DNA of 64,000 nt from Candidatus Latescibacterota bacterium (GTDB taxonomy: Bacteria; Latescibacterota; UBA2968; UBA8231): the NCBI GenBank assembly GCA_964291625.2, contig OZ220089.1, positions 1,504,001-1,568,000 on the forward strand, read 5' to 3'. Both the position numbers and the translations under genes were made by a program. Shown here one piece after another: positions 1 to 9,929 of the stretch. Below the pieces are notes generated by a model, which did not search any database, was not told where the DNA came from, and saw nothing but the letters and a program-made list of their open reading frames with translations. The number at the start of each line of letters is the position of its first letter. Positions within the stretch are counted from its first letter, which is position 1.

Positions 1-272
1 TCTTCCCCGCCGGCGAGGTCGGCGGCCCCGCCTTCGTCAAGTCCGTCCTCGGCCCCTGCCCGTGGACGCGCATCATGCCCACCGGCGGCGTCGACGCCAC
101 CCGCGAGAGCCTGGAGGCCTGGTTCTCCGCCGGCGTCGCCTGCGTCGGCATCGGCTCCAACCTGGTGACGCGGGAGATCGTCCAGACCCGCGACTACGCC
201 GGCTTGACGGCCAGGGTGAAGCAGGTGGTCGCCTGGATCGAGGAGATCCGCGCCGGAGGGAACGACCATTGA
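1..272 (+). CDS. eda: KHG/KDPG aldolase, 5' part outside the window
   Basis: FPAGEVGGPAFVKSVLGPCPW...MPTGGV...WFSAGVACVGIGSNL is a typical Eda C-terminus. Confidence 0.85.
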   Translation, partial: FPAGEVGGPAFVKSVLGPCPWTRIMPTGGVDATRESLEAWFSAGVACVGIGSNLVTREIVQTRDYAGLTARVKQVVAWIEEIRAGGNDH

Positions 273-517
273 CAGGAATCGACTGGATTACCCCGGCCTT
301 GATCGTGGCCGTCGGCTTGGCGCTATGGCGCTTCATGCGCACGGAGATCCGGGATCTGCGCACCGAGATCCGAGACCTGCGCCATGACCTTGGCAGCCGC
401 ATCGACCACGCCAGCGCCGATCTGGGAGGCCGCATCGACCGCGTCAACGACGACTTGGGAGGCCGCATCGACCGCGTCAACGACCGCCTGGACCGCTACT
501 TGGAGGGAACCCCATGA
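269..517 (+). CDS. Small membrane-anchored coiled-coil protein (82 aa)
   Basis: TTG start overlaps the eda stop; GGAGGG RBS; N-terminal TM; tandem RTEIRDL and DLGGRIDRVND repeats; paralogue at 17168. Confidence 0.75.
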   Translation: MTGIDWITPALIVAVGLALWRFMRTEIRDLRTEIRDLRHDLGSRIDHASADLGGRIDRVNDDLGGRIDRVNDRLDRYLEGTP

Positions 518-673
518 AGTCCAAGCGCAAGAGGCGCCCATGGGAACGGACGGTTCCCCGGTGACCAGCATCGGCAGGGAGGAGGCCGAACTGCGGCCAA
601 GGCCGCGGACGAGGTCGACAGACGCTTGAACTAGCTCAGGAACGAGAGGTCAGGGGGTCCGGCTCTCCCTGAT

Positions 674-693
674 ACATCAATGAATCTTGATAT
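674..693. promoter_or_regulatory. Putative SahR operator
   Basis: 20-bp palindrome ACATCAATGAATCTTGATAT (ATCAA-n6-TTGAT) upstream of the ArsR-methyltransferase/ahcY operon; resembles the described SahR motif. Confidence 0.75.
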
Positions 694-776
694 CTTGTCC
701 TCGACGGGGGCCTTCCCTACCTTCTGCCCTCCCGCCCCCGCAAGGACCCCCAACCCACCCCGTCCCCCTCCCCCCC

Positions 777-1709
777 GTGCCCGAGCTCCTGCAGATCCAC
801 AAGGCCCTCGCCGACGAGACGCGCCTGCGCCTGATGCGCCTGCTGGCGCGGGGGCCCCTGAACGTCAACGAGATCCTGGGCATCCTGCGCATGGGCCAGA
901 GCCGGGTCTCGCGCCACCTGCGCATCCTCGCCGAGGCGGGCCTGGTGACCAGCCGGCGCGAGGGCACCTGGATCTACTACGAGCGCATCATCTCCGAGAG
1001 CGGATCCCCGCTGGTGAGCGACACCCTGGCGCTGCTGGACGCCCACGAACGCGGCCTGCCCCACTACGAGGCCGACGTGCAGCGGCTGGAGACGGCCGTG
1101 GAGCGCCGCCGCGAGCAGACGCGCAGCTTCTTCGACAGCCTCTCCCCCGGCGACGAGCTGCGCCACCGATCCCTCGACGGCACCTACTACCGCCGCGTGG
1201 CGCTGTCGGTGCTGCCCCCAAGGTCCCGGACGATCCTCGACCTCGGCACCGGCTCGGGCCTGATGCTGCCGGCCCTGCTGGAGCGCGCCGGGGGGGTCAT
1301 CGCCGTCGACTCCTCCACCACCATGCTCGACCTGGCGCGCAAGTCGGCGGGCGCCGAGGCGCACCGGTGCGACTTCCGCCTCGGCGACCTGGAGCACCTG
1401 CCCGTGGCCGACGGCGAGGCCGACGCGGTGCTGGCGTGCATGGTCCTCCACCACGTCTCGGCGCCGTCCCAGGCGCTCGAGGAGGCGCACCGGGCCCTGG
1501 CCGCGGGCGGCGACCTGGCGCTGATCGACCTGGCCCCGCACACGGACGAGAGCCTTCGGGACCAACTGGCCGACCTGTGGCTCGGGTTCCAGCCCGAACA
1601 GGTGCGCCGCTGGCTCGAAGCAGCCGGCTTCGAGGTCGTCGAGGCCGGTTCCGCCGCACCGGATTCGGAAGCCCTTCAACTCATCACATTCAGAGGACGG
1701 AAACCATGA
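777..1709 (+). CDS. sahR: ArsR-family HTH fused to a SAM/SAH-binding methyltransferase domain (SahR-type SAM-cycle regulator)
   Basis: [11 protein letters not shown]...[17 protein letters not shown]...REG (ArsR); ILDLGTGSG motif; ATGA overlap with ahcY. Confidence 0.85.
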   Translation: MPELLQIHKALADETRLRLMRLLARGPLNVNEILGILRMGQSRVSRHLRILAEAGLVTSRREGTWIYYERIISESGSPLVSDTLALLDAHERGLPHYEADVQRLETAVERRREQTRSFFDSLSPGDELRHRSLDGTYYRRVALSVLPPRSRTILDLGTGSGLMLPALLERAGGVIAVDSSTTMLDLARKSAGAEAHRCDFRLGDLEHLPVADGEADAVLACMVLHHVSAPSQALEEAHRALAAGGDLALIDLAPHTDESLRDQLADLWLGFQPEQVRRWLEAAGFEVVEAGSAAPDSEALQLITFRGRKP

Positions 1710-3055
1710 GCAAGACCGCGACCCCCGCACGCAGGACCCGCAAGGCGAAAGGTCGCAACGGCCGCGCCGGAGACTTCAAGGTGGCGGACATCGGGCTGGC
1801 CGGATGGGGCCGCAAGGAGATCCGCCTGGCCGAGCGCGAGATGCCGGGGCTGATGGCCCTGCGCGAGGAGTACGGCGAGGAGAAGCCGCTGAAGGGGGCG
1901 CGCATCGCCGGCTCCCTGCACATGACGATCCAGACGGCGGTGCTCATCGAGACCCTGCAGGCCCTCGGCGCCGAGGTGCGCTGGTGCTCGTGCAACATCT
2001 TCTCCACCCAGGACCACGCCGCCGCGGCGATCGCCGCCACCGGCACGCCGGTCTTCGCCTGGAAGGGGGAGACGGAGAAGGAGTACTGGTGGTGCACGGA
2101 CCAGACCCTGAACTGGCCGCGGGGCCAGGGGCCGAACATGATCCTCGACGACGGCGGCGACCTGACGAACTGGGTCCATGACGAGCGCCCCGAGCTGCTG
2201 CCCGAGATCCGCGGCACCTCGGAGGAGACGACCACCGGCGTCCACGCCCTCTACCGGCGGCTCGAGGAGGGCCAACTGAAGATCCCGGCGATCAACGTCA
2301 ACGACTCGGTGACGAAGTCGAAGTTCGACAACCTCTACGGCTGCCGGGAGTCGCTCCTCGACGGCATCAAGCGCGCCACCGACATCATGACCGCAGGCAA
2401 GGCCGTGGTCGTCGCCGGCTACGGAGACGTGGGCAAGGGCTCGGTGGGCTCGATGAAGGGCTTCGGCGCCCGCGTCATCGTCACCGAGGTCGATCCGATC
2501 TGCGCCCTGCAGGCGGCGATGGAGGGCCTGGAGGTGATGCCCATGAGGCAGGCGGCGAAGGAGGGGGACATCTTCGTCACCACCACCGGCTGCCGCGACG
2601 TGATCACCCTCGAGCACATGAAGGCGATGAAGGACGGCGCCATCGTCTGCAACATCGGCCACTTCGACGTGGAGATCCAGGTGGAGGCGCTGCAGAAGTT
2701 CCCCGGCATCCGGCACACGGAGATCAAGCCCCAGGTGGACGAGTACACCTTCCCCGACGGCCACTCGATCCTGCTGCTGGCCGAGGGCCGGCTGGTCAAC
2801 CTCGGCTGCGCCACCGGCCACCCATCCTTCGTGATGTCCATGTCCTTCTGCAACCAGGTGCTGGCCCAGATCGAGCTGTTCAACCGCGAGCACGAGGTCG
2901 GCGTCTACCGCCTGCCCAAGAAGCTGGACGAGCAGGTGGCGCGGCTGCACCTGAAGAAGCTGGGGATCCGGCTGGACCGGCTGAACAGCGGCCAGGCGGG
3001 CTACCTGGGGATCAAGGCGGGAGGGCCGTACAAGCCGGAGCACTACAAGTACTGA
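1706..3055 (+). CDS. ahcY: S-adenosylhomocysteine hydrolase
   Basis: [48 protein letters not shown]. Confidence 0.98.
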   Translation: MSKTATPARRTRKAKGRNGRAGDFKVADIGLAGWGRKEIRLAEREMPGLMALREEYGEEKPLKGARIAGSLHMTIQTAVLIETLQALGAEVRWCSCNIFSTQDHAAAAIAATGTPVFAWKGETEKEYWWCTDQTLNWPRGQGPNMILDDGGDLTNWVHDERPELLPEIRGTSEETTTGVHALYRRLEEGQLKIPAINVNDSVTKSKFDNLYGCRESLLDGIKRATDIMTAGKAVVVAGYGDVGKGSVGSMKGFGARVIVTEVDPICALQAAMEGLEVMPMRQAAKEGDIFVTTTGCRDVITLEHMKAMKDGAIVCNIGHFDVEIQVEALQKFPGIRHTEIKPQVDEYTFPDGHSILLLAEGRLVNLGCATGHPSFVMSMSFCNQVLAQIELFNREHEVGVYRLPKKLDEQVARLHLKKLGIRLDRLNSGQAGYLGIKAGGPYKPEHYKY

Positions 3056-3058
3056 GGA

Positions 3059-3315
3059 CTACCGCCTCCTCTGCAGAGTCATGCAAGGGGGCGGTAAGCC
3101 CCGCTCCACGATCCGCCGCTCGTCGAGACGTCCCGCGCCGGGGCTGCTCCCCCGGGGCCGCCCGCAGCGCGGGGCTGTCCTGCGTCCGCACGACCATCAT
3201 CCCGCCGCGGCGGCACAGGCCCGCCGCTTCCGCGAGGGCGGCGCCGTAGAGGGCCGGCTTCGAGCCCCGGGGGGCTCCCCCAGGGCCGGGTCGGCGGTCA
3301 CCGCGTCGAAGGTAC
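3059..3315 (-). pseudogene. Decayed copy of the 3' end of the RNA methyltransferase gene at 10093-11247
   Basis: Aligns with 10093-10360 from the stop codon onward (cacgatccgccgctcgtcgag, gcgccgtagagggc, gtcggcggtcaccgcgtcgaagg shared), with indels. Confidence 0.85.
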
Positions 3316-3355
3316 GGCCGCGCCAGCCATCGCCTGGTCCTGTTTCGCTGCCAAG

Positions 3356-4441
3356 CTACCGAAGCAACTCAAAAGCGGCATCAGACGCGGCATCCTGAGG
3401 AGCATCACCGTCCCTTTGGCACGCATCGAAGCGCAATTGCAGCTCGCAGCCGTCGATTCCACCTTCCTCACCGATAAAGACAAGCTGTGTCCCCGGAGTC
3501 TCGTCGCCCCACGGCTCACCCATGATCAAACGCGCCCGCCTGCCAACAACGTGGACCATTCCCTTACGACCGGGATTGTCGGCGAGGTGAACGAACCCCT
3601 TGGCGCGGTAGATGGTCGCAGGCAGGGTCTTCACCGCATCACGCACCGCCCCACGGGACAGAGGTTTGTCAGTCGTGTAGCACCAGGTGTTGAAGACAAG
3701 CGTATGGTCCGTGTGGTGTTGGTGATGATGCCTGTCAGCGTGTTCGTGCTCATGCTCCTCGCCGTCCGCATGAATGTGAACATCCGGACCCGGCTTCCCC
3801 GCAAAGCGCTGGAGGTCGTATGTCCCCACTCCGAGTACCAGATCGAGCGGGACCTTGCCAAAAGTAGCTTCGAGGATACGCGCACTCGGAACGATATCCC
3901 TGACCAGGTCCCCCAATTCCTCCCGCCTTGCATCATCGACCAGGTCAAGCTTGTTCAGCACCACAATGTCTGCCATGGCGATCTGCTCCACCGCGAGCCT
4001 GCGATGCGCTTCGTTCACCTGGTGGATCTGCTCCGCATCGACTACGGTGAGCACACTGTCCACTCGCGTCCGGGACTGCAACTCGCCAGCCAGGAAGGTC
4101 ATTGAAACAGCCCCAGGGTCGGATACGCCGCTTGTTTCAACGACGATATACTCCGGCGAGTTTCGGTCGTCCTGAATCAACTGGACCGCTGCTTCAAGCA
4201 AGTCATCGCGAATCGAGCAACAGATACACCCGTTGGCGAGGTTGATGCTGGACTCCCCGGAGACCCCGGAGATCAACTCGGCGTCGATGTTGATCTCTCC
4301 GAAGTCGTTGACCAGGACCGCCACACGCAACCCGTGGTCGGCGTTGAGAATGTGGTTGAGCAGGGAGGTCTTGCCCGCACCCAGGAAGCCGCTGATGATT
4401 GTTACTGGAATGGGCTCTGACAGGTCTCGATCTTCAACCAT
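3356..4441 (-). CDS. COG0523/CobW-family Zn metallochaperone GTPase
   Basis: GFLGAGKT, LANGCICC, ETSG, NKLD, His-rich linker, CobW_C domain. Confidence 0.95.
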   Translation of the reverse strand: MVEDRDLSEPIPVTIISGFLGAGKTSLLNHILNADHGLRVAVLVNDFGEINIDAELISGVSGESSINLANGCICCSIRDDLLEAAVQLIQDDRNSPEYIVVETSGVSDPGAVSMTFLAGELQSRTRVDSVLTVVDAEQIHQVNEAHRRLAVEQIAMADIVVLNKLDLVDDARREELGDLVRDIVPSARILEATFGKVPLDLVLGVGTYDLQRFAGKPGPDVHIHADGEEHEHEHADRHHHQHHTDHTLVFNTWCYTTDKPLSRGAVRDAVKTLPATIYRAKGFVHLADNPGRKGMVHVVGRRARLIMGEPWGDETPGTQLVFIGEEGGIDGCELQLRFDACQRDGDAPQDAASDAAFELLR

Positions 4442-4536
4442 TGGATCTCTCTCCTGGAGGTGCCGCGCATCTACTCAAGCCAAACCGAGCCGGTCTCGGT
4501 CATGCTCGTCGTCGTGTTCAATCTCTTGTGCCTCAG

Positions 4537-4917
4537 CTACTGCCCAGCGCTGCACTCGCCGCATCGTCCATAGAGGGTGATCTCGTGCTCATCGACCTCG
4601 AAACCCGGCGGCGCCAGCTCTGCCATCTCTCCCGGACATCCGTGTATATCGAACGCTTCCTCGCACTCACGACAGAGAAAGTGGTGATGATGACCCCGGT
4701 CGGTGGGCTCGTAGCGCACATCATTGACGCCCAGGTCCACCGCCCGCACCTCATCGGCGTCTTGCAGGCGCCTGAGCTGCCGATAGACCGTTGCAATGCC
4801 CAGCGTCGGAACTATGCGGGACGCCAAGTCGAGGATTTCCAGGGGCCGAAGTGGCCCGGGGGCGTCGCGAACAACCCTCACGATGGCGCTGCGTTGGCTG
4901 GTGCGTCTGCTGCTCAT
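4537..4917 (-). CDS. Fur-family regulator, probably Zur
   Basis: TSQR..I, GIATVYR, HHHHFLCREC, C-terminal CxxC; zinc-gene context. Confidence 0.9.
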   Translation of the reverse strand: MSSRRTSQRSAIVRVVRDAPGPLRPLEILDLASRIVPTLGIATVYRQLRRLQDADEVRAVDLGVNDVRYEPTDRGHHHHFLCRECEEAFDIHGCPGEMAELAPPGFEVDEHEITLYGRCGECSAGQ

Positions 4918-5001
4918 GAGGTTGCCTCCCTGGGAGCGCCGGCCTGGGTTTCGTCCAAGACTCTCGCATCTCTCCTCCTGCAGTGTCCGATCCAGGTTGG
5001 C

Positions 5002-5472
5002 CTAGAGTTGGGTGGGATTGGGGGCGGCGCCATAGACCTCCTGGTGATTGAAGACCTTCTGCGTCTCCGTGAATCCCAGGGGCTCGCCGGCCTGATCGCC
5101 AAAGGGCACGGCGCGGTAGAAGCAGGAGCGGTACCCTACATGGCAACTGGCCCCGCCCTGGACGTCCACACGCAGCCAGATGCAATCCTGGTCGTCATCG
5201 ATTCGGATCTCGCGGACCCGCTGCACCAAGCCGCTCGTTGCGCCCTTGTGCCAGAGGCACTTGCGGCTCCGGCTCCAATAGACGGCCTCGCCCATGGCGA
5301 TCGTTCGCGTGAGCGCCTCGGCGTTCATGTAGGCATGCATGAGTACTTCGCCGGATATGAAGTCCGTGGTGACTGCGGGGATCAGCCCGTGCTCATCGAA
5401 CCTGGGGGCCAGTTGGACTCCTTCCTCGACCTGCTGGACGCTCTGTCTCTCCGAATAGGGCGAATTGCTCAC
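5002..5472 (-). CDS. hisI: Phosphoribosyl-AMP cyclohydrolase (stand-alone paralogue)
   Basis: [33 protein letters not shown]. Confidence 0.93.
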   Translation of the reverse strand: MSNSPYSERQSVQQVEEGVQLAPRFDEHGLIPAVTTDFISGEVLMHAYMNAEALTRTIAMGEAVYWSRSRKCLWHKGATSGLVQRVREIRIDDDQDCIWLRVDVQGGASCHVGYRSCFYRAVPFGDQAGEPLGFTETQKVFNHQEVYGAAPNPTQL

Positions 5473-5524
5473 TTTGCTCTCCTGGTTGTGTCAGCCCACG
5501 AGCCCGCCGCCGATGATCAGCCGA

Positions 5525-5629
5525 TCCAGTTGAGCGCACCACGCCGCGCCAGTCTTCTCCGTCGTTGAGGATCGCCCACAACTTCTCGGCGTCGAACGGA
5601 GTCGGCCCCTGACAGGCAAAGCTCGAGGT
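5525..5629 (-). pseudogene. Fragment resembling a second COG0523 C-terminal domain
   Basis: TSSFACQGPTPFDAEKLWAILN..DWRGVVRSTG resembles the CobW_C start SSF....RPF...L......GV.RSKG. Confidence 0.5.
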
Positions 5630-5644
5630 GCACCAACGCCTGGC

Positions 5645-5668
5645 ATGATACTGATAAGTCATTATCAT
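5645..5668. promoter_or_regulatory. Fur/Zur-type box
   Basis: AT-rich inverted repeat ATGATACTGA-TAAG-TCATTATCAT upstream of hisI-fur-COG0523. Confidence 0.75.
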
Positions 5669-5683
5669 TTAGCTGGCAAGTCG

Positions 5684-5843
5684 AATCGGGCCGAGGGCGC
5701 GGAGGACGGTCGCCGGCGCAAGCCGGAGGCGAGCACGGCTACCGGGGCACCTGATCCGGCGCAACGAGCGTTTCGAGACTCTGGCCGAGCTGCAGACGAC
5801 CTCGGGTCGGTGGGTGCGGGAGTCGGCCGAGCGCCTGCGCTGT
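5684..5843 (+). mobile_element. Internally deleted IS21 istA remnant
   Basis: Three joined pieces (RAEGAEDGRRRKPEA / EHGYRGT / LIRRNERFETLAELQT..ESAERLRC) match separate parts of istA at 25581-26882. Confidence 0.85.
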
Positions 5844-5892
5844 AACCTGGCAACGACGCACTCCACCCAAACACCCGGGCAGGTCAACCACA

Positions 5893-6732
5893 TTGCCTCA
5901 ATCTGACCCGATCCTCTGGAGTGTCGACCCGATCCTCTTCCAGGTCGGTCCGCTCACGATCAGGCACTACGGAGTCCTCTTCGCGCTCTCGTTCTTCATC
6001 GGACACAACATCATCCGTTCCGTCTTCCGGCGAGAGGGCAAGCCGGAATCCGATCTCGCAACGCTCCTGACGTACATGTTGATCGGCACGACCGTGGGCG
6101 CGCGCCTCGGTCATTGCCTCTTCTACGACCCGGGATACTACCTCGGCAATCCGCACAGGATGCTGATGGTGTGGGAAGGCGGGCTCGCCAGCCACGGTGC
6201 CGCGATCGGCATTCTGACCGCGCTGTTCGTCTACGCCCGACGCCACCCCGATCAACCGTATCTGTGGCTGCTCGATCGGATGGTCATTGTCGTCGCCCTC
6301 GCAGGACTGCTGATCCGGCTCGGGAACTTCCTCAACTCGGAGATACTCGGAATCCCCACCGATCTCCCCTGGGCCGTCGTCTTCGACCGGATCGACGATA
6401 CCCCGAGACATCCCGCACAACTCTACGAGTCGATCGCCTACGGAATGATCTTCGTGGGGTTGTATCGACTCTACATCCGGCTCGAAGCCCGAACCCCGCG
6501 AGGGTTCTTGTTCGGCCTCTTCCTCGTCTCCGTCTTCGGGTTCGGGTTCCTCATCGAATTCGTCAAAGAACGACAGGCGGCGTATGGCGCGGACCTTGCT
6601 CTCAGTGTCGGTCAGATCCTCAGCATACCGCTGGTCATCCTCGGAATCGCACTCCTGGCAAGGCCGCTGCGCAATGGCCTCTCCAGGCCCGATTCGGTTG
6701 ATGCAGCTCACCGGGCTGCCGCCGGCGTGTAG
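5893..6732 (+). CDS. lgt: Prolipoprotein diacylglyceryl transferase
   Basis: GARLGH, GGLASHG, IRLGNFLNSEI, RHPAQLYE. Confidence 0.95.
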   Translation: MPQSDPILWSVDPILFQVGPLTIRHYGVLFALSFFIGHNIIRSVFRREGKPESDLATLLTYMLIGTTVGARLGHCLFYDPGYYLGNPHRMLMVWEGGLASHGAAIGILTALFVYARRHPDQPYLWLLDRMVIVVALAGLLIRLGNFLNSEILGIPTDLPWAVVFDRIDDTPRHPAQLYESIAYGMIFVGLYRLYIRLEARTPRGFLFGLFLVSVFGFGFLIEFVKERQAAYGADLALSVGQILSIPLVILGIALLARPLRNGLSRPDSVDAAHRAAAGV

Positions 6733-7262
6733 GGCTCGATCGACTCGACGTCCATCGAGTAGCCGGAACTGACATCGAGGAGGGAGTCATAGCCGTCCTC
6801 AGCAAGCTCGCTCGTACCGTGACCCGTCTTCAGGCGGCCGGAGATCCAGACCGGGCGCCACATCTCCTGCAGCTCATGGGCCTGCTCGAGGCTGCAGCGG
6901 ATGACCTGGTTGGCCGGCGGCGGCGGGGTGTGCAGACAGGCCCCAAGATAGGGCACCAACAGGAATTCGCGGATCCGTGCCTCTTCGTATTCCAGGGGCA
7001 ATACGTAGCCCGGAATCCTGACCGTCTGGCCATCGAGCTCCTCGATCACCGGCGCCTGGTCGAGCATTTCCTGGGCCTTCTCCTGCAACGCGAGGTACTC
7101 TTCGTCGCTGAGTGCGGCGTACTCCTCGTCGCTGAGCTCATCGAAGGCGGCGTAGGGATTCCAGTCCTCGGGAACGAGCTGGTCCCACAGGATCTCGCGC
7201 GGTGGGTCCGAGGCGGCTGCGCTCGTGACGAGCAGCAACATGAGCAATCGTTGGCGAGACAT
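6708..7262 (-). CDS. DUF3299 periplasmic protein of the Zrg/PA4063-66-type zinc ABC system
   Basis: Signal peptide; W..LVP, IPGYVLPL, EFLLVPY.GAC.H.PPPP.NQ; alternative start at 7268. Confidence 0.88.
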   Translation of the reverse strand: MSRQRLLMLLLVTSAAASDPPREILWDQLVPEDWNPYAAFDELSDEEYAALSDEEYLALQEKAQEMLDQAPVIEELDGQTVRIPGYVLPLEYEEARIREFLLVPYLGACLHTPPPPANQVIRCSLEQAHELQEMWRPVWISGRLKTGHGTSELAEDGYDSLLDVSSGYSMDVESIEPYTPAAAR

Positions 7263-7303
7263 GGGCATGGTCCTCCCGATCTGCGACGGAGAGTGTCCCG
7301 CGC

Positions 7304-8545
7304 TCACAGACGGGTCGACAGTCCGTCGGCGAGCGAGTTCCGGTAACAGCGCCAGGCCGGCACCAGGCCGGCGAGCAGGCCGGCGGCCATCAGACCGCCG
7401 AGGAGCGGCCATTCGCCCGCGGTGGGCAAGCCGATCGGCAGGAGCAGGCCGAAGCGCTCGACGATCCAGGGCTGCAGGGCCCTCAGCGCCATGCTCTGCA
7501 TCGCCACTCCCAGTACGATACCGAGCAGTGTCAGCAGCGCTGACTCCATGATGAGCAGCTCCATGACGTGGCGGTAGCCGGCGCCGACCGAGCGCAGCAC
7601 GGCCATTTCGCGCCGGCGTTCGTTGAGTCCCGCCAGCGAGACCGCCAGCAGGCCCGCCAGCGCCGCGGCTGCCACAAGGATCGAGACGATCCGCAGCGCC
7701 TGCTCGCCGGTGCGCATCAGGTCCCAGAGTTCCTGCAGCGCCACGCCCGGAAAGATGGCGAGCAAGGGTTCGGCGCCGTACCGATTGATGTCGCGCTGCA
7801 GCTTGAAGGCGGCGAGTCGGTTGTCGAGGCCGAGGAGGAAGGCGGTGATCTGGCGCGGGGTCAGGTCCTGACCGCGAGCCCGCCGGAGATCGGTCTCGAC
7901 GCGGTTCCAGTTCATGTGCATGGCCTCGATCCCCGCGAGGCCGACGTGAACGGTGCGGTCCACGGGCGTGCCCGTCGGCACCAGGATGCCCGTGACCTTG
8001 AACGGGTGGTTGTCGTGGTCGCCGAAGCCTTCTGTCCCGATGCCGTGGGTGACGACCAGTTCGTCGCCGAGCCGGTACCCGAGCTTGCGCGCCACTTCTG
8101 CGCCGAGGACGGCATCCAGCGTCTCGGCGAAGGGTCCACCTTCCGCAAAGCCGAGACGACGCTTGTCGGCGTAGCGGAAGTGCTCGAAGTAGCCGGTAGA
8201 GGTGCCCATGACGCGGTAACCGCGGTGCGAATCGCCGAGGGAGATCGGGATGGCCCAGCGGACGCCGGGCCAGGTCGCGATGTCCGAGTAGCTGGACCAG
8301 GCGACATTGCTCGTGGCGTTGCCGATGCGAAAGACCGAGTAGAGCAACAGCTGCACCGAGCCGCTGCGGGCGCCGACGATCAGGTCGGTACCGGAGACGG
8401 TGTTGGCGAAGCTCAGGCGCGCGTGGGAACGGACCTTCTCGACGCCGAGCAGCAGCGCCACGCTGACCGCGATCGTCAGGACGGTCAGGGACGCCGTATC
8501 GCGCCGGTTCAGCAGACTCTTCCAGGCCAGACGCAGCACGTTCAC
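7304..8545 (-). CDS. ABC permease (MacB/FtsX-like), Zrg-type
   Basis: DLIVGARSGSVQLLLYSVF, PISLGDSHRG, ERRREMAVLRSVGA; GTGA overlap with the ATPase. Confidence 0.92.
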   Translation of the reverse strand: MNVLRLAWKSLLNRRDTASLTVLTIAVSVALLLGVEKVRSHARLSFANTVSGTDLIVGARSGSVQLLLYSVFRIGNATSNVAWSSYSDIATWPGVRWAIPISLGDSHRGYRVMGTSTGYFEHFRYADKRRLGFAEGGPFAETLDAVLGAEVARKLGYRLGDELVVTHGIGTEGFGDHDNHPFKVTGILVPTGTPVDRTVHVGLAGIEAMHMNWNRVETDLRRARGQDLTPRQITAFLLGLDNRLAAFKLQRDINRYGAEPLLAIFPGVALQELWDLMRTGEQALRIVSILVAAAALAGLLAVSLAGLNERRREMAVLRSVGAGYRHVMELLIMESALLTLLGIVLGVAMQSMALRALQPWIVERFGLLLPIGLPTAGEWPLLGGLMAAGLLAGLVPAWRCYRNSLADGLSTRL

Positions 8546-9243
8546 GGGCGAGCCTCGGCTCGGAATTCGTCGATGTCGACGGTACGGTCGAAGCGCGCCG
8601 CGAGGGTTGGATCGTGACTGGCGAAGACCAGCGTCGCCCGCGACGCCTGAACCTGCTCGAAGAGCAGCTCGATGAAGCGCGCTCGTGCATCGAAGTCGAG
8701 TGCCGAGGTCGGTTCGTCGGCAATCACGATCTCGGGATCGCCGATCAGGGCTCGCGCCGCGGCTACGCGCTGCTGCTGGCCGACGGAGAGCCTGGACACC
8801 GGTGCCGTCCGGTCCAGCTCCTCCTCGACGAACAGGCGCCGCAGCAGCAACCGCGCGGCCGCGGTCACGCCACCGTGCGCCTCGGCCGCGCGCGCGGCTC
8901 GGCGCCGGGAGAAGTGGCAGGGCAGGACGACGTTCTCGGCCAGGTTGAGGTAGGGGACCAGGTTGAACTGCTGGAAGATGAACCCGATGTGGTCGGCACG
9001 AAGTCGGTCGCGGGCGGCCGCGGCCAGCGAGCCCGTATCCCGCCCCATCAGCGACAGGCGGCCCGAATCCGGCGTCAGTACTCCCGCCACCAGGTTCAGC
9101 AGCGTCGACTTGCCGCTGCCCGAGGGACCGCGGACATACAGGTGTTCGCCGCGTCGCAGGAGGAAGCGGTCGCAGCCGAGCAGGGGCGCGGCGCCGGGCC
9201 AACCGAAGCGCAGGCCCTCGATCTCGATGAGCTCTTCGTTCAC
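8542..9243 (-). CDS. ABC ATPase, Zrg-type
   Basis: GPSGSGKS, LSVGQQQRV, ADEPTSALD. Confidence 0.95.
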   Translation of the reverse strand: MNEELIEIEGLRFGWPGAAPLLGCDRFLLRRGEHLYVRGPSGSGKSTLLNLVAGVLTPDSGRLSLMGRDTGSLAAAARDRLRADHIGFIFQQFNLVPYLNLAENVVLPCHFSRRRAARAAEAHGGVTAAARLLLRRLFVEEELDRTAPVSRLSVGQQQRVAAARALIGDPEIVIADEPTSALDFDARARFIELLFEQVQASRATLVFASHDPTLAARFDRTVDIDEFRAEARP

Positions 9244-9263
9244 GTCGGGCGTCGGCTCGCGTG

Positions 9264-9929
9264 CTATCTCAAACTGATCACCGGGTCATCCGCCTTGGCA
9301 ACGCCACCGAACTGGCCGTCCGGCGTCAGGGCCTGCACGCGGATCTCCTCGATTCGCGGCCAGTACTCGAAGAGACGAACCCCGATCGTCCCGATGGCTG
9401 ATCCGTTGCACTCGCAGCGGTAGCGTGCATGGAACTCGGAGTGCGTCTCCCCCTCCTCGCCGGCCTCTCCGTCCTCGTCGCCGTCATCGTGTCCGGAGTC
9501 CGTGCCGTCCTCTTCCTCGACGGCCTGTCCGTGCTCGTCGCCGTGGTCCTGTGCGGCTTCATGTCCGATGTGCGCGCCGTGCTCGTCCTCGTCCTCGTCC
9601 TCGTCATCAGCGCCGCGTCCATGACCTCCGTGCTCCACTTCCGCGACATGCAGGCTGCAGCTGGCCGCAAGGGGCAGGTCGAACAGCTCGTTGCCTTTCC
9701 TCAGCTGTTCGATCGCATCCCGGATCGCTCGACGCTCGGCGGCGGTGACCGCTTCGTGCTCGAAGCCGACGATGTTGCCGGCCGGTGACACGAACTCGAT
9801 CTCGAGTTCGTCGGCTTCCATGGCCAGGTTGAGGGTTGCGATCCCGTGAACGTGTGCGGACTGCTGAGCTGCCGTCACGCCGGTCAGCATCAACAGGAAG
9901 GCAACGACGGGCAGAGATCTGTGGATCAT
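9264..9929 (-). CDS. DUF2796/ZrgA-like periplasmic zinc-binding protein
   Basis: Signal peptide; AHVHG, SPAGNIVGFEH, His/Asp/Glu-rich loop, HSEF.A.Y. Confidence 0.9.
   Translation of the reverse strand: MIHRSLPVVAFLLMLTGVTAAQQSAHVHGIATLNLAMEADELEIEFVSPAGNIVGFEHEAVTAAERRAIRDAIEQLRKGNELFDLPLAASCSLHVAEVEHGGHGRGADDEDEDEDEHGAHIGHEAAQDHGDEHGQAVEEEDGTDSGHDDGDEDGEAGEEGETHSEFHARYRCECNGSAIGTIGVRLFEYWPRIEEIRVQALTPDGQFGGVAKADDPVISLR

Noticed and set aside
518-776. SAH or SAM riboswitch upstream of sahR-ahcY
   Set aside because: No matching core motif seen; a protein-operator palindrome explains the regulation
3061-3095. Rho-independent terminator after ahcY
   Set aside because: The hairpin has no U tract and lies within the decayed methyltransferase tail, so it may be incidental
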